Assembly (NCBI GenBank): GCA_043824255.1
Contig: JBDRTG010000037.1
Location: forward strand, 1-35,313
Length of the DNA: 35,313 bases
Reading direction: 5' to 3'
Source of the DNA: a bacterium
Lineage (GTDB): Bacteria; JAHJDO01
Shown one piece after another: positions 10,213-17,870 of this stretch. Each line of letters starts with the position of its first letter. The first letter of the stretch is position 1. The notes beneath the pieces are model-generated. The model was not told the DNA's origin, ran no database searches, and saw nothing but the letters and a program-made list of their open reading frames with translations. Position numbers and translations under genes: made by a program.

Positions 10213-11208
10213 TTATAAATTCGGAACCACAGGTTTTCTTGTTTTTCCTGATTTTTCAATTGCCATACAATAAGCCAGAGCATGTCTTCCGACTTCTCCC
10301 AATGAAGGGTTGCCTTTAACTCCGTTAATTGAATCAACAAACCATGACTGAGAAGTTTTTTCTGCCCCGACCGTTACAGCTTTATATATCTTATTTTTAG
10401 ATGCTAGTTCAAGCTTGCTTTTCTCGTTGAATCCAACCCGAATTGTGCCTTTGCTGCCATAAATTTCCAGCAAACTTCCTCCACATGGTATGGTCCAGCT
10501 CAACTCGAGTACTCCTGTAGCTCCATTTGCAAACTCGAGAATAGCTGTAACATTATCCGGGACATTATTGCTGCGTATCCTGATAGGATTAACTGAATAA
10601 ACCGATTTTGCCTTTCCGACCAGCCATCCAAGCAGATCTGCCATATGCACGCCGATATCCATGATCAGTCCGCCTCGGAACTTTTTCTGCACAAACCAGG
10701 TTGATCCAGGGGCCCATCCTTTGTCAGGAGTTTCGCCGCCAGCACGCAAGCAACGGACATGTACAATTTCTCCTATTTCACCTGAATCAATCAAGGTTTT
10801 AATTTTATTATGAACTGGACTAAAACGGAACGTCTGGTTTACCTGCAGTACGAGCTTCTTTTTGCGTGCAGTTTCAATCATCATGTCTGCCTGCTTAAGA
10901 TTAACAGCCATCGGCTTTTCAACCAGGACATGAACGCCAGTCCTTAAAGCCTGCATGGTCAAACTGTAATGGCTTGTGTTTGGTGTGCTTATTACAACCC
11001 CCTGGATCCCTGAAGCCAAGAGATCCCTGGATGAGCTGTAAATGCAGGCTTTTAGTGAAAGGTCTTTGTTTAACTTTTGAGCAGTTTTCTGGTTAAGATC
11101 ATAAAGGCCTGTAATTTCAGCCTTTTTTGCTATTTCCAAAAAGCAGGGCACATGTCTAACCTGTGTGATTTTCCCGCATCCAATAAGGCCTATTTTTGTT
11201 TTTTTCAT
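10213..11208 (-). CDS. Gfo/Idh/MocA family oxidoreductase
   Basis: Motifs GLIGCGKI (Rossmann), HVLVEKPMA and GGLIMDIGVH. Confidence 0.92.
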   Translation of the reverse strand: MKKTKIGLIGCGKITQVRHVPCFLEIAKKAEITGLYDLNQKTAQKLNKDLSLKACIYSSSRDLLASGIQGVVISTPNTSHYSLTMQALRTGVHVLVEKPMAVNLKQADMMIETARKKKLVLQVNQTFRFSPVHNKIKTLIDSGEIGEIVHVRCLRAGGETPDKGWAPGSTWFVQKKFRGGLIMDIGVHMADLLGWLVGKAKSVYSVNPIRIRSNNVPDNVTAILEFANGATGVLELSWTIPCGGSLLEIYGSKGTIRVGFNEKSKLELASKNKIYKAVTVGAEKTSQSWFVDSINGVKGNPSLGEVGRHALAYCMAIEKSGKTRKPVVPNL

Positions 11209-11235
11209 ACAATCATACCTCTCTTTTGGCTAATA

Positions 11236-12078
11236 CTATTTTAGATTATTCACTATCTCTATAAGCTTCCTGCCGTATGTAACGTAGATTTTGTAAGCTT
11301 CCTCACTGGTTGCTTCTTTACCTAAATGAACTGCTGCTGCAAGGTGAGGCTCAATAGAAATGCCGTCTTCATATCCTGCATTTTTCAAATCCTGAAGAAT
11401 TTCTGGAACATAAGCATGTCCTTCTCCGCAATAGGTGGTTTGAAATTTTCCATCAGGAGTGGTAATTGCATCCTTTATATGTACATACGCAATATGTTTT
11501 TTCACTTTTGAATAGAAATACATAGCATCCTGTCCGTGTGCTATAGTATTTCCTGTATCGAAAACAAGTTTCAATGCTGGAGAATCAACTTCCGAAAGCA
11601 TTTTTAGAGAATTTTTCGGACTTTCTCCTGCCCATCCGCTGCAATTTTCATGCACCATTATAATTTCACCGTCTTCTGCTATTTTTGAAAGCTCCATTAA
11701 TCTCTCAATAGCCTTCTTTCCCCACTCGACCTTGCTTGCAGGATTATCATTGTCATTAGGCCAGCTCATAATGCGGATAAACTTTGTCCCAAATTTTTTC
11801 ATGCGGGGAATAGCCTTTTTTAACTCATCCATATCCAGTTGGAAATCACCAGTTATAGGTCTTGACCAATTGGCTATACAGCCTGCGAAACATGATACTT
11901 TCATCTGGGCATCATTGACTTTTCCATACACTTCATCAAACTTAGAATCATGCATAAGCGTTAGATTCTCTCCATCAACATTCCTAATCTCCAGATATTT
12001 CCATCCAAGTTCTTTATGCGCTTTTATCTGTGTCTCTATGGGTTTGCCTGCTTCGTCACTGATTCCTGAAAAAAACAT
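11236..12078 (-). CDS. Sugar phosphate isomerase/epimerase (TIM barrel)
   Basis: Motifs SGISDEAG, HENC, VFDTGN, HIKD and SIEPHL. Confidence 0.88.
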   Translation of the reverse strand: MFFSGISDEAGKPIETQIKAHKELGWKYLEIRNVDGENLTLMHDSKFDEVYGKVNDAQMKVSCFAGCIANWSRPITGDFQLDMDELKKAIPRMKKFGTKFIRIMSWPNDNDNPASKVEWGKKAIERLMELSKIAEDGEIIMVHENCSGWAGESPKNSLKMLSEVDSPALKLVFDTGNTIAHGQDAMYFYSKVKKHIAYVHIKDAITTPDGKFQTTYCGEGHAYVPEILQDLKNAGYEDGISIEPHLAAAVHLGKEATSEEAYKIYVTYGRKLIEIVNNLK

Positions 12079-12110
12079 TTTATTTACCTCCTGTTTAGTT
12101 AAAGTTTGCC

Positions 12111-12794
12111 TTATTCGCTATATCTGGGAATAATTAGTTTTTGCCCAATAGATAAAAAGTCAGGGTCTTTAATGTTGTTTGCCTGAATAATTGTTCTGGA
12201 AGGAACCCCAAAACGAACAGCAATTTCAATTAGAGTATCCCCTTTCTGAACAATGTAATATTTTCCATCTTCTAATTTTTCAGTGCTTAATTTAGCATCA
12301 TCAGGCGCTAAAATATTTATTTGTTTTTTTATCTTTCCGATTTCCCCTAAAAGTTCGTCAAGCACTATTTCAATTTTCTTGTTAAAGTTTTGCTTATCCT
12401 TCTTTTGTATGTTCAACAGGTTATTATATGCAGTCTTTAGCTGGTCTATCTGTTTTTGAATAGAGATAGTGCTATCATTTAGAGATACAATGCTTTTGCT
12501 TGTACTGACGCTGGCACTATTTAATTGATCTCTAAATTGGATGCAAAACAGCTCAACTTGTTCCTTAAGATCGCGAAGTTGTTTGTCTTTTTCTGACAGA
12601 GAGCCATGTATCTTACTTGTTTCATCCTTTAACAGGAGGATCTGCTCACTTAGTCCAACCTGACTTTCCTGTATTGTGCCAACATCTTCTTTTGTCGCTA
12701 TCTTAGTTATCAGACAGCCTGATAGAAAAACAGTAAACAGTAAACAGTGAACAGTGAACAGTAGGATTTTGTTGGATAATCTAACTTTTTTCAT
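12111..12794 (-). CDS. Lipoprotein with coiled coil and C-terminal LysM domain
   Basis: Lipobox LSGC, a long helical region, and LysM YIVQKGDTLIEIAVRFGV...ANNIKDPDFLSIGQKLIIP. Confidence 0.88.
   Translation of the reverse strand: MKKVRLSNKILLFTVHCLLFTVFLSGCLITKIATKEDVGTIQESQVGLSEQILLLKDETSKIHGSLSEKDKQLRDLKEQVELFCIQFRDQLNSASVSTSKSIVSLNDSTISIQKQIDQLKTAYNNLLNIQKKDKQNFNKKIEIVLDELLGEIGKIKKQINILAPDDAKLSTEKLEDGKYYIVQKGDTLIEIAVRFGVPSRTIIQANNIKDPDFLSIGQKLIIPRYSE
12729..12763. repeat. Five-copy heptamer tandem repeat AACAGT(A/G) inside the LysM lipoprotein signal peptide
   Basis: aacagta aacagta aacagtg aacagtg aacagta. Confidence 0.85.
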
Positions 12795-12810
12795 AAAAGG
12801 AGTAAGATTA

Positions 12811-13350
12811 TTACTGCGAAATTAGAAGATGTGATCTTCTGTTTCTTGCCCAGGCCTTTTCATCATGTCCAATATCAACAGGTTTGTCTTCTCCATAGGT
12901 TATTGTGTATAATCTTGACGGAGAGATACCTAATCCTGTTAGATATCTGCGTACGCTTAAGGCTCTCTGCTCGCCGAGTATAAGATTATACTTTCTGGAA
13001 CCCCGCTCATCACAATGTCCTTCAATCATTAGGCGCACATTTCTATGTTTTTTTAACCAGGTAGCAATTTTTTCCAATACGGATGCTGTATCTTTTTTTA
13101 GATGATAACTGTCATAATCAAAGAGGATGTCGGAAAATATTACTTTTTCCTTTGTACCAGGTTCTACAAATATTGTATCCTTAACAGGCTTTTCCAAAGG
13201 AATGTTTTCTCCTTTAATTGCAGCCATCTGAGCTTGTTTTATGTTGTCTTCATACTCTTTATCCATTGTGAATTTCCTAAGTGTTGAACATCCACCTAAG
13301 TACAATGAAAGCAATAAAGCTACAGACATAATCAGCGAAAACTTTTTCAT
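12811..13350 (-). CDS. pal: Peptidoglycan-associated lipoprotein (OmpA-like domain)
   Basis: Lipobox LGGC and motifs ILFDYDS, IEGHCDERGS..YNLILGEQRA, YGEDKP and NRR. Confidence 0.93.
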   Translation of the reverse strand: MKKFSLIMSVALLLSLYLGGCSTLRKFTMDKEYEDNIKQAQMAAIKGENIPLEKPVKDTIFVEPGTKEKVIFSDILFDYDSYHLKKDTASVLEKIATWLKKHRNVRLMIEGHCDERGSRKYNLILGEQRALSVRRYLTGLGISPSRLYTITYGEDKPVDIGHDEKAWARNRRSHLLISQ

Positions 13351-13370
13351 AATTGCTCCTTATTTTTTTG

Positions 13371-13428
13371 TATGCTAGAATAATCTAGCGTTATGCTAAA
13401 ATTTAGCATATAGAATCAGTTATGTCAA
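13371..13428 (-). promoter_or_regulatory. pal promoter with overlapping palindromic operator-like sites
   Basis: Minus strand TTGACA(13428-13423), 17 bp, TAAATT(13405-13400) with TG. Palindromes TATGCTAAA-A-TTTAGCATA (13392-13410) and GCTAGA-ATAA-TCTAGC (13374-13389). Confidence 0.6.
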
Positions 13429-13459
13429 TATTTGTTGTGTAGAGATAAAAGAGAATTGA

Positions 13460-14866
13460 ATGAACATAGATAAGATAAAAAACAAGTTGCAAAATTACAA
13501 TCAAAAACATGTTCTTAGATGGTGGAATCAGTTAGATGATACTCAACGCAAAGGGCTTCTTCGGGACATTGAGAGTATTGATTTTGAGCTCATGAAGAAA
13601 TTAGTTAACCAATACATGGAAAGAAAGGAAATTTCTATATTATTTGACGATATTAAAAGCCCTGAAATTATTAAAATTCCAAGAACTGAACATGAGATAT
13701 TGCATCAGAGAGAGGCAAGAAAGATAGGCGAGCAGTGCGTAAGAGATGGTAAAGTAGCTTGTTTTGTTGTTGCAGGAGGGCAGGGTACAAGGCTTGGTTT
13801 TGAAGGACCAAAAGGAGCGTATCCTATTGGCCCAATATCTGCTAACAGCATATTCCAATTTCATGCAGAGAAGATACTTAAAGCACAGCAGAAGTATAAT
13901 ATTCAGCTCATGTGGTACATTATGACGAGTAAGCCGCTTCATGAGCAAACAATAGAATTTTTTAAACACAATAAATATTTTGGCATGCATAAAGCTCAAG
14001 TGCGATTTTTTTCTCAAAGAATGCTTCCTGCAATAGATAAAGATGGCAGGTTTCTTATGAGTTCAAAGCACAAAATTTTTAAAAGCCCGGATGGACATGG
14101 AGGAGCTTTGTTTGCTCTAAGGGAGAGTGGAGTTATTGATGAGATGATGGAAAAGGGTATTGAATATATAAGTTACTTTCAGGTAGACAATCTTATTGTC
14201 AATGTCCTGGACCCTGTTTTTATAGGTTATCATGTAAAAGCAGGTGCGCAGATGTCAAATAAGATAACGCCTAAGATTGCTCCTTCGGAAAAAGTCGGAG
14301 CAGTTGTAGTAATGGATAAGAAATATGCGGTTATTGAATATAGCGATTTACCAGAAGAGCATATGTGCGATAAAGATAAAGACAGCTCTTTGAAATTTAA
14401 TGCAGGAAGCATAGCAATTCATATATTAAATACAGAGTTTGTAAAGTCTCTTACTGAGAAAGGGATAGGACTTCTGTATCATATAGCAGAAAAGAATATA
14501 CCTTATGTGAATAGTGGCGGAGAGCATATTAAGCCAAAGGACAAGAATGGAATAAAATTTGAAACATTTATCTTTGATGCATTGAAGTTTGCTGAGAATG
14601 TTACAAACATGGAAGTTATGCGCGAGGATGAATTCTCTCCAATAAAGAGTTTAACAGGTATAGATTCTGTTGAAAGCGGAAAGCAGCTCTACATAAACAG
14701 ATGCGCGCGCTGGCTCATGGAAGCAGGGGTTGATGTTCCATTTGATAAAAATGGAAATGCAAAAATCAGGATAGAAATCAGTCCATTATTTGCAAACTCT
14801 TCTGATGATTTGCAGCGGAAAGACCTGACCTCAATAGATACCACCAAAAATATATATCTGGCATAA
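13460..14866 (+). CDS. UDPGP type 1 family pyrophosphorylase (UAP1-like UDP-N-acetylglucosamine pyrophosphorylase)
   Basis: Motifs AGGQGTRLGFEGPKG, SPDGHGG, FQVDN, EKVG, IEYSDL, KFETFIFDA and EFSPIK. Confidence 0.9.
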   Translation: MNIDKIKNKLQNYNQKHVLRWWNQLDDTQRKGLLRDIESIDFELMKKLVNQYMERKEISILFDDIKSPEIIKIPRTEHEILHQREARKIGEQCVRDGKVACFVVAGGQGTRLGFEGPKGAYPIGPISANSIFQFHAEKILKAQQKYNIQLMWYIMTSKPLHEQTIEFFKHNKYFGMHKAQVRFFSQRMLPAIDKDGRFLMSSKHKIFKSPDGHGGALFALRESGVIDEMMEKGIEYISYFQVDNLIVNVLDPVFIGYHVKAGAQMSNKITPKIAPSEKVGAVVVMDKKYAVIEYSDLPEEHMCDKDKDSSLKFNAGSIAIHILNTEFVKSLTEKGIGLLYHIAEKNIPYVNSGGEHIKPKDKNGIKFETFIFDALKFAENVTNMEVMREDEFSPIKSLTGIDSVESGKQLYINRCARWLMEAGVDVPFDKNGNAKIRIEISPLFANSSDDLQRKDLTSIDTTKNIYLA

Positions 14867-14891
14867 AAGGGTTTGTGCCCTTAATGAAACG

Positions 14892-14926
14892 TGAATATAC
14901 GCAACCATCAGGCAATACATTTCCTT
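14892..14926 (+). repeat. Direct repeat, copy 1 (pairs with 16658-16693)
   Basis: TGAATATACGCAACCATCAGGCAATACATTTCCTT. Confidence 0.8.
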
Positions 14927-14953
14927 GCAAAACAGTGAGTTATATAGTAGGAT
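14925..14953 (+). promoter_or_regulatory. Putative promoter of the XRE-cupin gene
   Basis: TTGCAA, 17 bp, TAGGAT. Confidence 0.4.
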
Positions 14954-14987
14954 TTATAATAGTAGACACAGAGAATTTAGGTAAAAG

Positions 14988-15542
14988 ATGCCAGAATTAA
15001 GTTTAGGAAGCAGGATAAAAAAGGCTCGCCGAAAGAAACAATTAACTCTTCGTGACCTTGCCAAAAAAGCAGGATTAAGCAATGCTTTCCTTTCTCAATT
15101 AGAAAGGGACATTGTTTCTCCATCAGTTAACTCATTGAGAAAGATTGGTGCTGCTTTAGGAACAAAAGTAGGTTCGTTTTTTGAAGATGAAGAGAAAAAA
15201 GATTTCTTACTCATCAGAAAAGATGGAAGAAAGAGATTTTCATGGGAGGATTCGAAAGGCCATTGTCAGGTGTTAGCTTCAGGGATGCTAAATATACAAA
15301 TGGAGCCACTGCTTATTACTCTCGCCCCAGGAGGGGAAACTGGTGAACGTGTCAATTTACATGAGGGAGAGGAGTTTGGTATAGTCTTAAAAGGAGAGGT
15401 ACAGTTGTTGCTTGATGACAAAGAGTATACAATGAGAGAAGGAGATAGCGTTTACTACAGGTCATCTAATTCGCATAAAATAGTAAATATTGGAAAAACA
15501 AAAGCAGATATACTATGGGTTATCTTCACTGCTTCATCATGA
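14988..15542 (+). CDS. XRE-family HTH regulator with C-terminal cupin domain (PuuR-like)
   Basis: HTH LTLRDLAKKAGLSNAFLSQLER..SPS and cupin HEGEEFGIVLKG...GDSVYY....H. Confidence 0.9.
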   Translation: MPELSLGSRIKKARRKKQLTLRDLAKKAGLSNAFLSQLERDIVSPSVNSLRKIGAALGTKVGSFFEDEEKKDFLLIRKDGRKRFSWEDSKGHCQVLASGMLNIQMEPLLITLAPGGETGERVNLHEGEEFGIVLKGEVQLLLDDKEYTMREGDSVYYRSSNSHKIVNIGKTKADILWVIFTASS

Positions 15543-15635
15543 CGGTATGAGAGTTTTTTTGGCATCGTTGCTAAGTATTCATTAGAATTTGGGAGTTTTT
15601 ACTTTACAAGAGCTTTATTTGTTATCTAGAAGGCA

Positions 15636-16232
15636 ATGGGATATATCATGGCAAAAGATTACAGGGTATTGAAACGTCGTAAATATCAGAGAGCTAAAAA
15701 GATTATTTTTATTTTATGCAAACCTCCATGTGCTGAAGAGCCTATTGAGTATATTGCTAAAAATATAGGAGCAGGAGGGTTGATGTTTGAGGCAGATACA
15801 CCATTCTCTATTGGTGACAAAGTTGATATTGAGATATACCAGCCTATCACTTATGACAAAAGAAAGTTTGTTTCCATCTTTGCATCAGCAAGTGTAGTCT
15901 GGACTAAAGAAATAGAAGGGGCTAAGAAATATAAGGGGAGTAACAGATATAGACTGGGCGTGCAATTCACCAGGCTGGATCGAGAAGATGAGATAAAGAT
16001 AGACACGTATGTAAAAGACTGGCAAAACGCCCTCAGACAAAAGCAAACGTCTTGCGGAGATTTACGATGTACATTTTATCAAGAAACCAAGAGTGGTATA
16101 AAAGTGTGTTGTTATCTGGGGCATCATCGTAGTAGAGTTGGTAGTATAACCGCAGAAACGGAACAGAAATTTTGTTTGACAACAGATAACTACCATCGAT
16201 GCTCTGTTTATAAGAAATATATAAGAGGATAA
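15636..16232 (+). CDS. PilZ-domain protein with Cys-rich C-terminal extension
   Basis: Motifs RRKYQR, NIGAGG, VVW and GVQF; the tail has six Cys. Confidence 0.75.
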   Translation: MGYIMAKDYRVLKRRKYQRAKKIIFILCKPPCAEEPIEYIAKNIGAGGLMFEADTPFSIGDKVDIEIYQPITYDKRKFVSIFASASVVWTKEIEGAKKYKGSNRYRLGVQFTRLDREDEIKIDTYVKDWQNALRQKQTSCGDLRCTFYQETKSGIKVCCYLGHHRSRVGSITAETEQKFCLTTDNYHRCSVYKKYIRG

Positions 16233-16242
16233 GGAGGATTTG

Positions 16243-16614
16243 ATGAATAATTGGGACGGAGTAGAAAAAAGAAAGCATCCACGGTATACTGCTAATACTG
16301 GGGTTGAGCTTAGATTGCAAAATGATTCAGCAAAACATTTAATTGGATATTATGGCTACACAAAGGACATAAGTCTTGGCGGGATTCGTATAAGAATACC
16401 GAGACATAAAGACGTAGAATATCCTAGAATAAAAGAGAAGACGAAGTTCCAAGTGAGAATTCCTGTGCCGGATATTCAGAAATATTTAGAACTAAATGGT
16501 CAAATAATCTGGCACTTACAGAAAGAAAAAGATTATGATATTGGCATACAATTTGTCTCAAATGATAAAGAAAGAGAAGTGTCTCTTTCTAAATTTGTAG
16601 AGAGTATTGAATAA
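16243..16614 (+). CDS. Single-domain PilZ protein (c-di-GMP receptor)
   Basis: KRKHPR (RxxxR), DISLGG (DxSxxG), GQIIW and GIQF; RBS AAGGAGG. Confidence 0.85.
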   Translation: MNNWDGVEKRKHPRYTANTGVELRLQNDSAKHLIGYYGYTKDISLGGIRIRIPRHKDVEYPRIKEKTKFQVRIPVPDIQKYLELNGQIIWHLQKEKDYDIGIQFVSNDKEREVSLSKFVESIE

Positions 16615-16657
16615 AGAAACAATTGCTTCACTCCGTTACGCAATGACCCGCATTCGC

Positions 16658-16693
16658 TGAATATACGCAACTATCAGGGCGATGTATTTCCTT
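16658..16693 (+). repeat. Direct repeat, copy 2 (pairs with 14892-14926)
   Basis: TGAATATACGCAACTATCAGGGCGATGTATTTCCTT; 31 of 36 alignment positions identical to copy 1. Confidence 0.8.
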
Positions 16694-16694
16694 A

Positions 16695-16722
16695 TTGAAT
16701 TTTTTTAGGCTGTCTATATAAT
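16695..16722 (+). promoter_or_regulatory. Putative promoter of the proC-ileS operon
   Basis: TTGAAT, 16 bp, TATAAT. Confidence 0.55.
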
Positions 16723-16754
16723 ATATGAACTTTTATTAGGGTATAGGAGTCGAA

Positions 16755-17555
16755 ATGAAGAAGCTTTTTATTATTGGTGTCGGGAATATGGGAATGGCCA
16801 TACTGGAAGGGGTTGTTCCTCAAGTTCTTAAGGAAGAGGATGTTTCCGTTTATGATGTGGATAAAAGCAGGCTGCAACATTTTTTAGATTCAAAGATAGA
16901 GGTTGTTGATACGATTGAAAAGGGCGTGAAAAATGCTGAAAGCATTCTTCTGGCAGTAAAGCCTCAGGATATGGAAGAGGTGCTTATGGAGATAAGATGC
17001 GCAGTTTCTGAGAGGAACCTTGTTATTTCCATAGCCGCAGGTATTACAACGAACTATATTAAGAGAGTATTAGGGCAAAATACTAAAGTTGCCAGAGTTA
17101 TGCCGAATCTTTGTGTTAGCGTGAAGAAGGGAGCTTCAGCGTGCTGTTTTAGTAGTGACTGTACCAACGGAGATAAACAGTTTGTTGAGTCTCTGTTTAA
17201 AGAGCTTGGTATAACTTTGACTATTGATGAGAATAAGATGAATATTATTACGGCCATAAGCGGAAGCGGGCCAGGATATTTATTTAAAATCATGGAGATA
17301 CTTATTGATATAGGGAAGGAAGAAGGTCTTAAAGAAGAGGATTCCAGAAAACTGGTTTATCAAACAGTTTCAGGAGCTGTCTCTTTAGCAATGAATAGTA
17401 ATATTTCGGCCAGGGCATTGAGGGAGAAAGTAACATCCAAAGCAGGCACAACAGAGGCAGCCCTAAAAGTCATGGATGAATACAGAATCGAGGAAATGTT
17501 TCGTGAGGCTATAAAGGCAGCAGTCAATAGGGCAAAGGAATTATCAAAGGAGTAG
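16755..17555 (+). CDS. proC: Pyrroline-5-carboxylate reductase
   Basis: Motifs IGVGNMG, LAVKPQ, SIAAGI, RVMPN, SGSGPGY and VTSKAGTT. Confidence 0.96.
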   Translation: MKKLFIIGVGNMGMAILEGVVPQVLKEEDVSVYDVDKSRLQHFLDSKIEVVDTIEKGVKNAESILLAVKPQDMEEVLMEIRCAVSERNLVISIAAGITTNYIKRVLGQNTKVARVMPNLCVSVKKGASACCFSSDCTNGDKQFVESLFKELGITLTIDENKMNIITAISGSGPGYLFKIMEILIDIGKEEGLKEEDSRKLVYQTVSGAVSLAMNSNISARALREKVTSKAGTTEAALKVMDEYRIEEMFREAIKAAVNRAKELSKE

Positions 17556-17557
17556 GA

Positions 17558-17854
17558 ATGTTTGTTTTAGGTAATTTCATAGTAGCAATAGCACAGATTA
17601 TTGGTGCGATATTAACGATACTTACCTGGATTATAATCATAAGAGCACTTATATCCTGGGTAAATCCGGATCCCTACAATTCAATAGTACAGTTTTTATA
17701 CAGAGTAACTGAGCCCATCCTGATGCCTATACGGAAGATACTGCCGGAAATGGGTGGTTTTGATCTTTCGCCGATAGTGGCTTTAATAGGAATTATGTTT
17801 ATCAGGTCTTTTGTGGTGCGGACACTTATTGAGTTTGGCATGAGATTAAAATAG
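17558..17854 (+). CDS. yggT: YggT family membrane protein
   Basis: Motifs RALISWVNPDPYN, VTEPILMPIR and FDLSP. Confidence 0.92.
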   Translation: MFVLGNFIVAIAQIIGAILTILTWIIIIRALISWVNPDPYNSIVQFLYRVTEPILMPIRKILPEMGGFDLSPIVALIGIMFIRSFVVRTLIEFGMRLK

Positions 17855-17870
17855 GAGATATCAGTAAACA

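Noticed and set aside
10194..10340. ORF-track extension of the isomerase gene
   Set aside because: It overlaps the upstream oxidoreductase in another frame; the family start is MKVGLSTYS.
13372..13401. dif-like pattern ATAA-TCTAGCG-TTATGCTAAA
   Set aside because: The central spacer is 7 bp rather than 6 and the XerC arm is poor; it is better explained as promoter palindromes.
16694..17870. T-box or riboswitch upstream of proC or ileS
   Set aside because: The intergenic spaces are too short and there is no T-box consensus.
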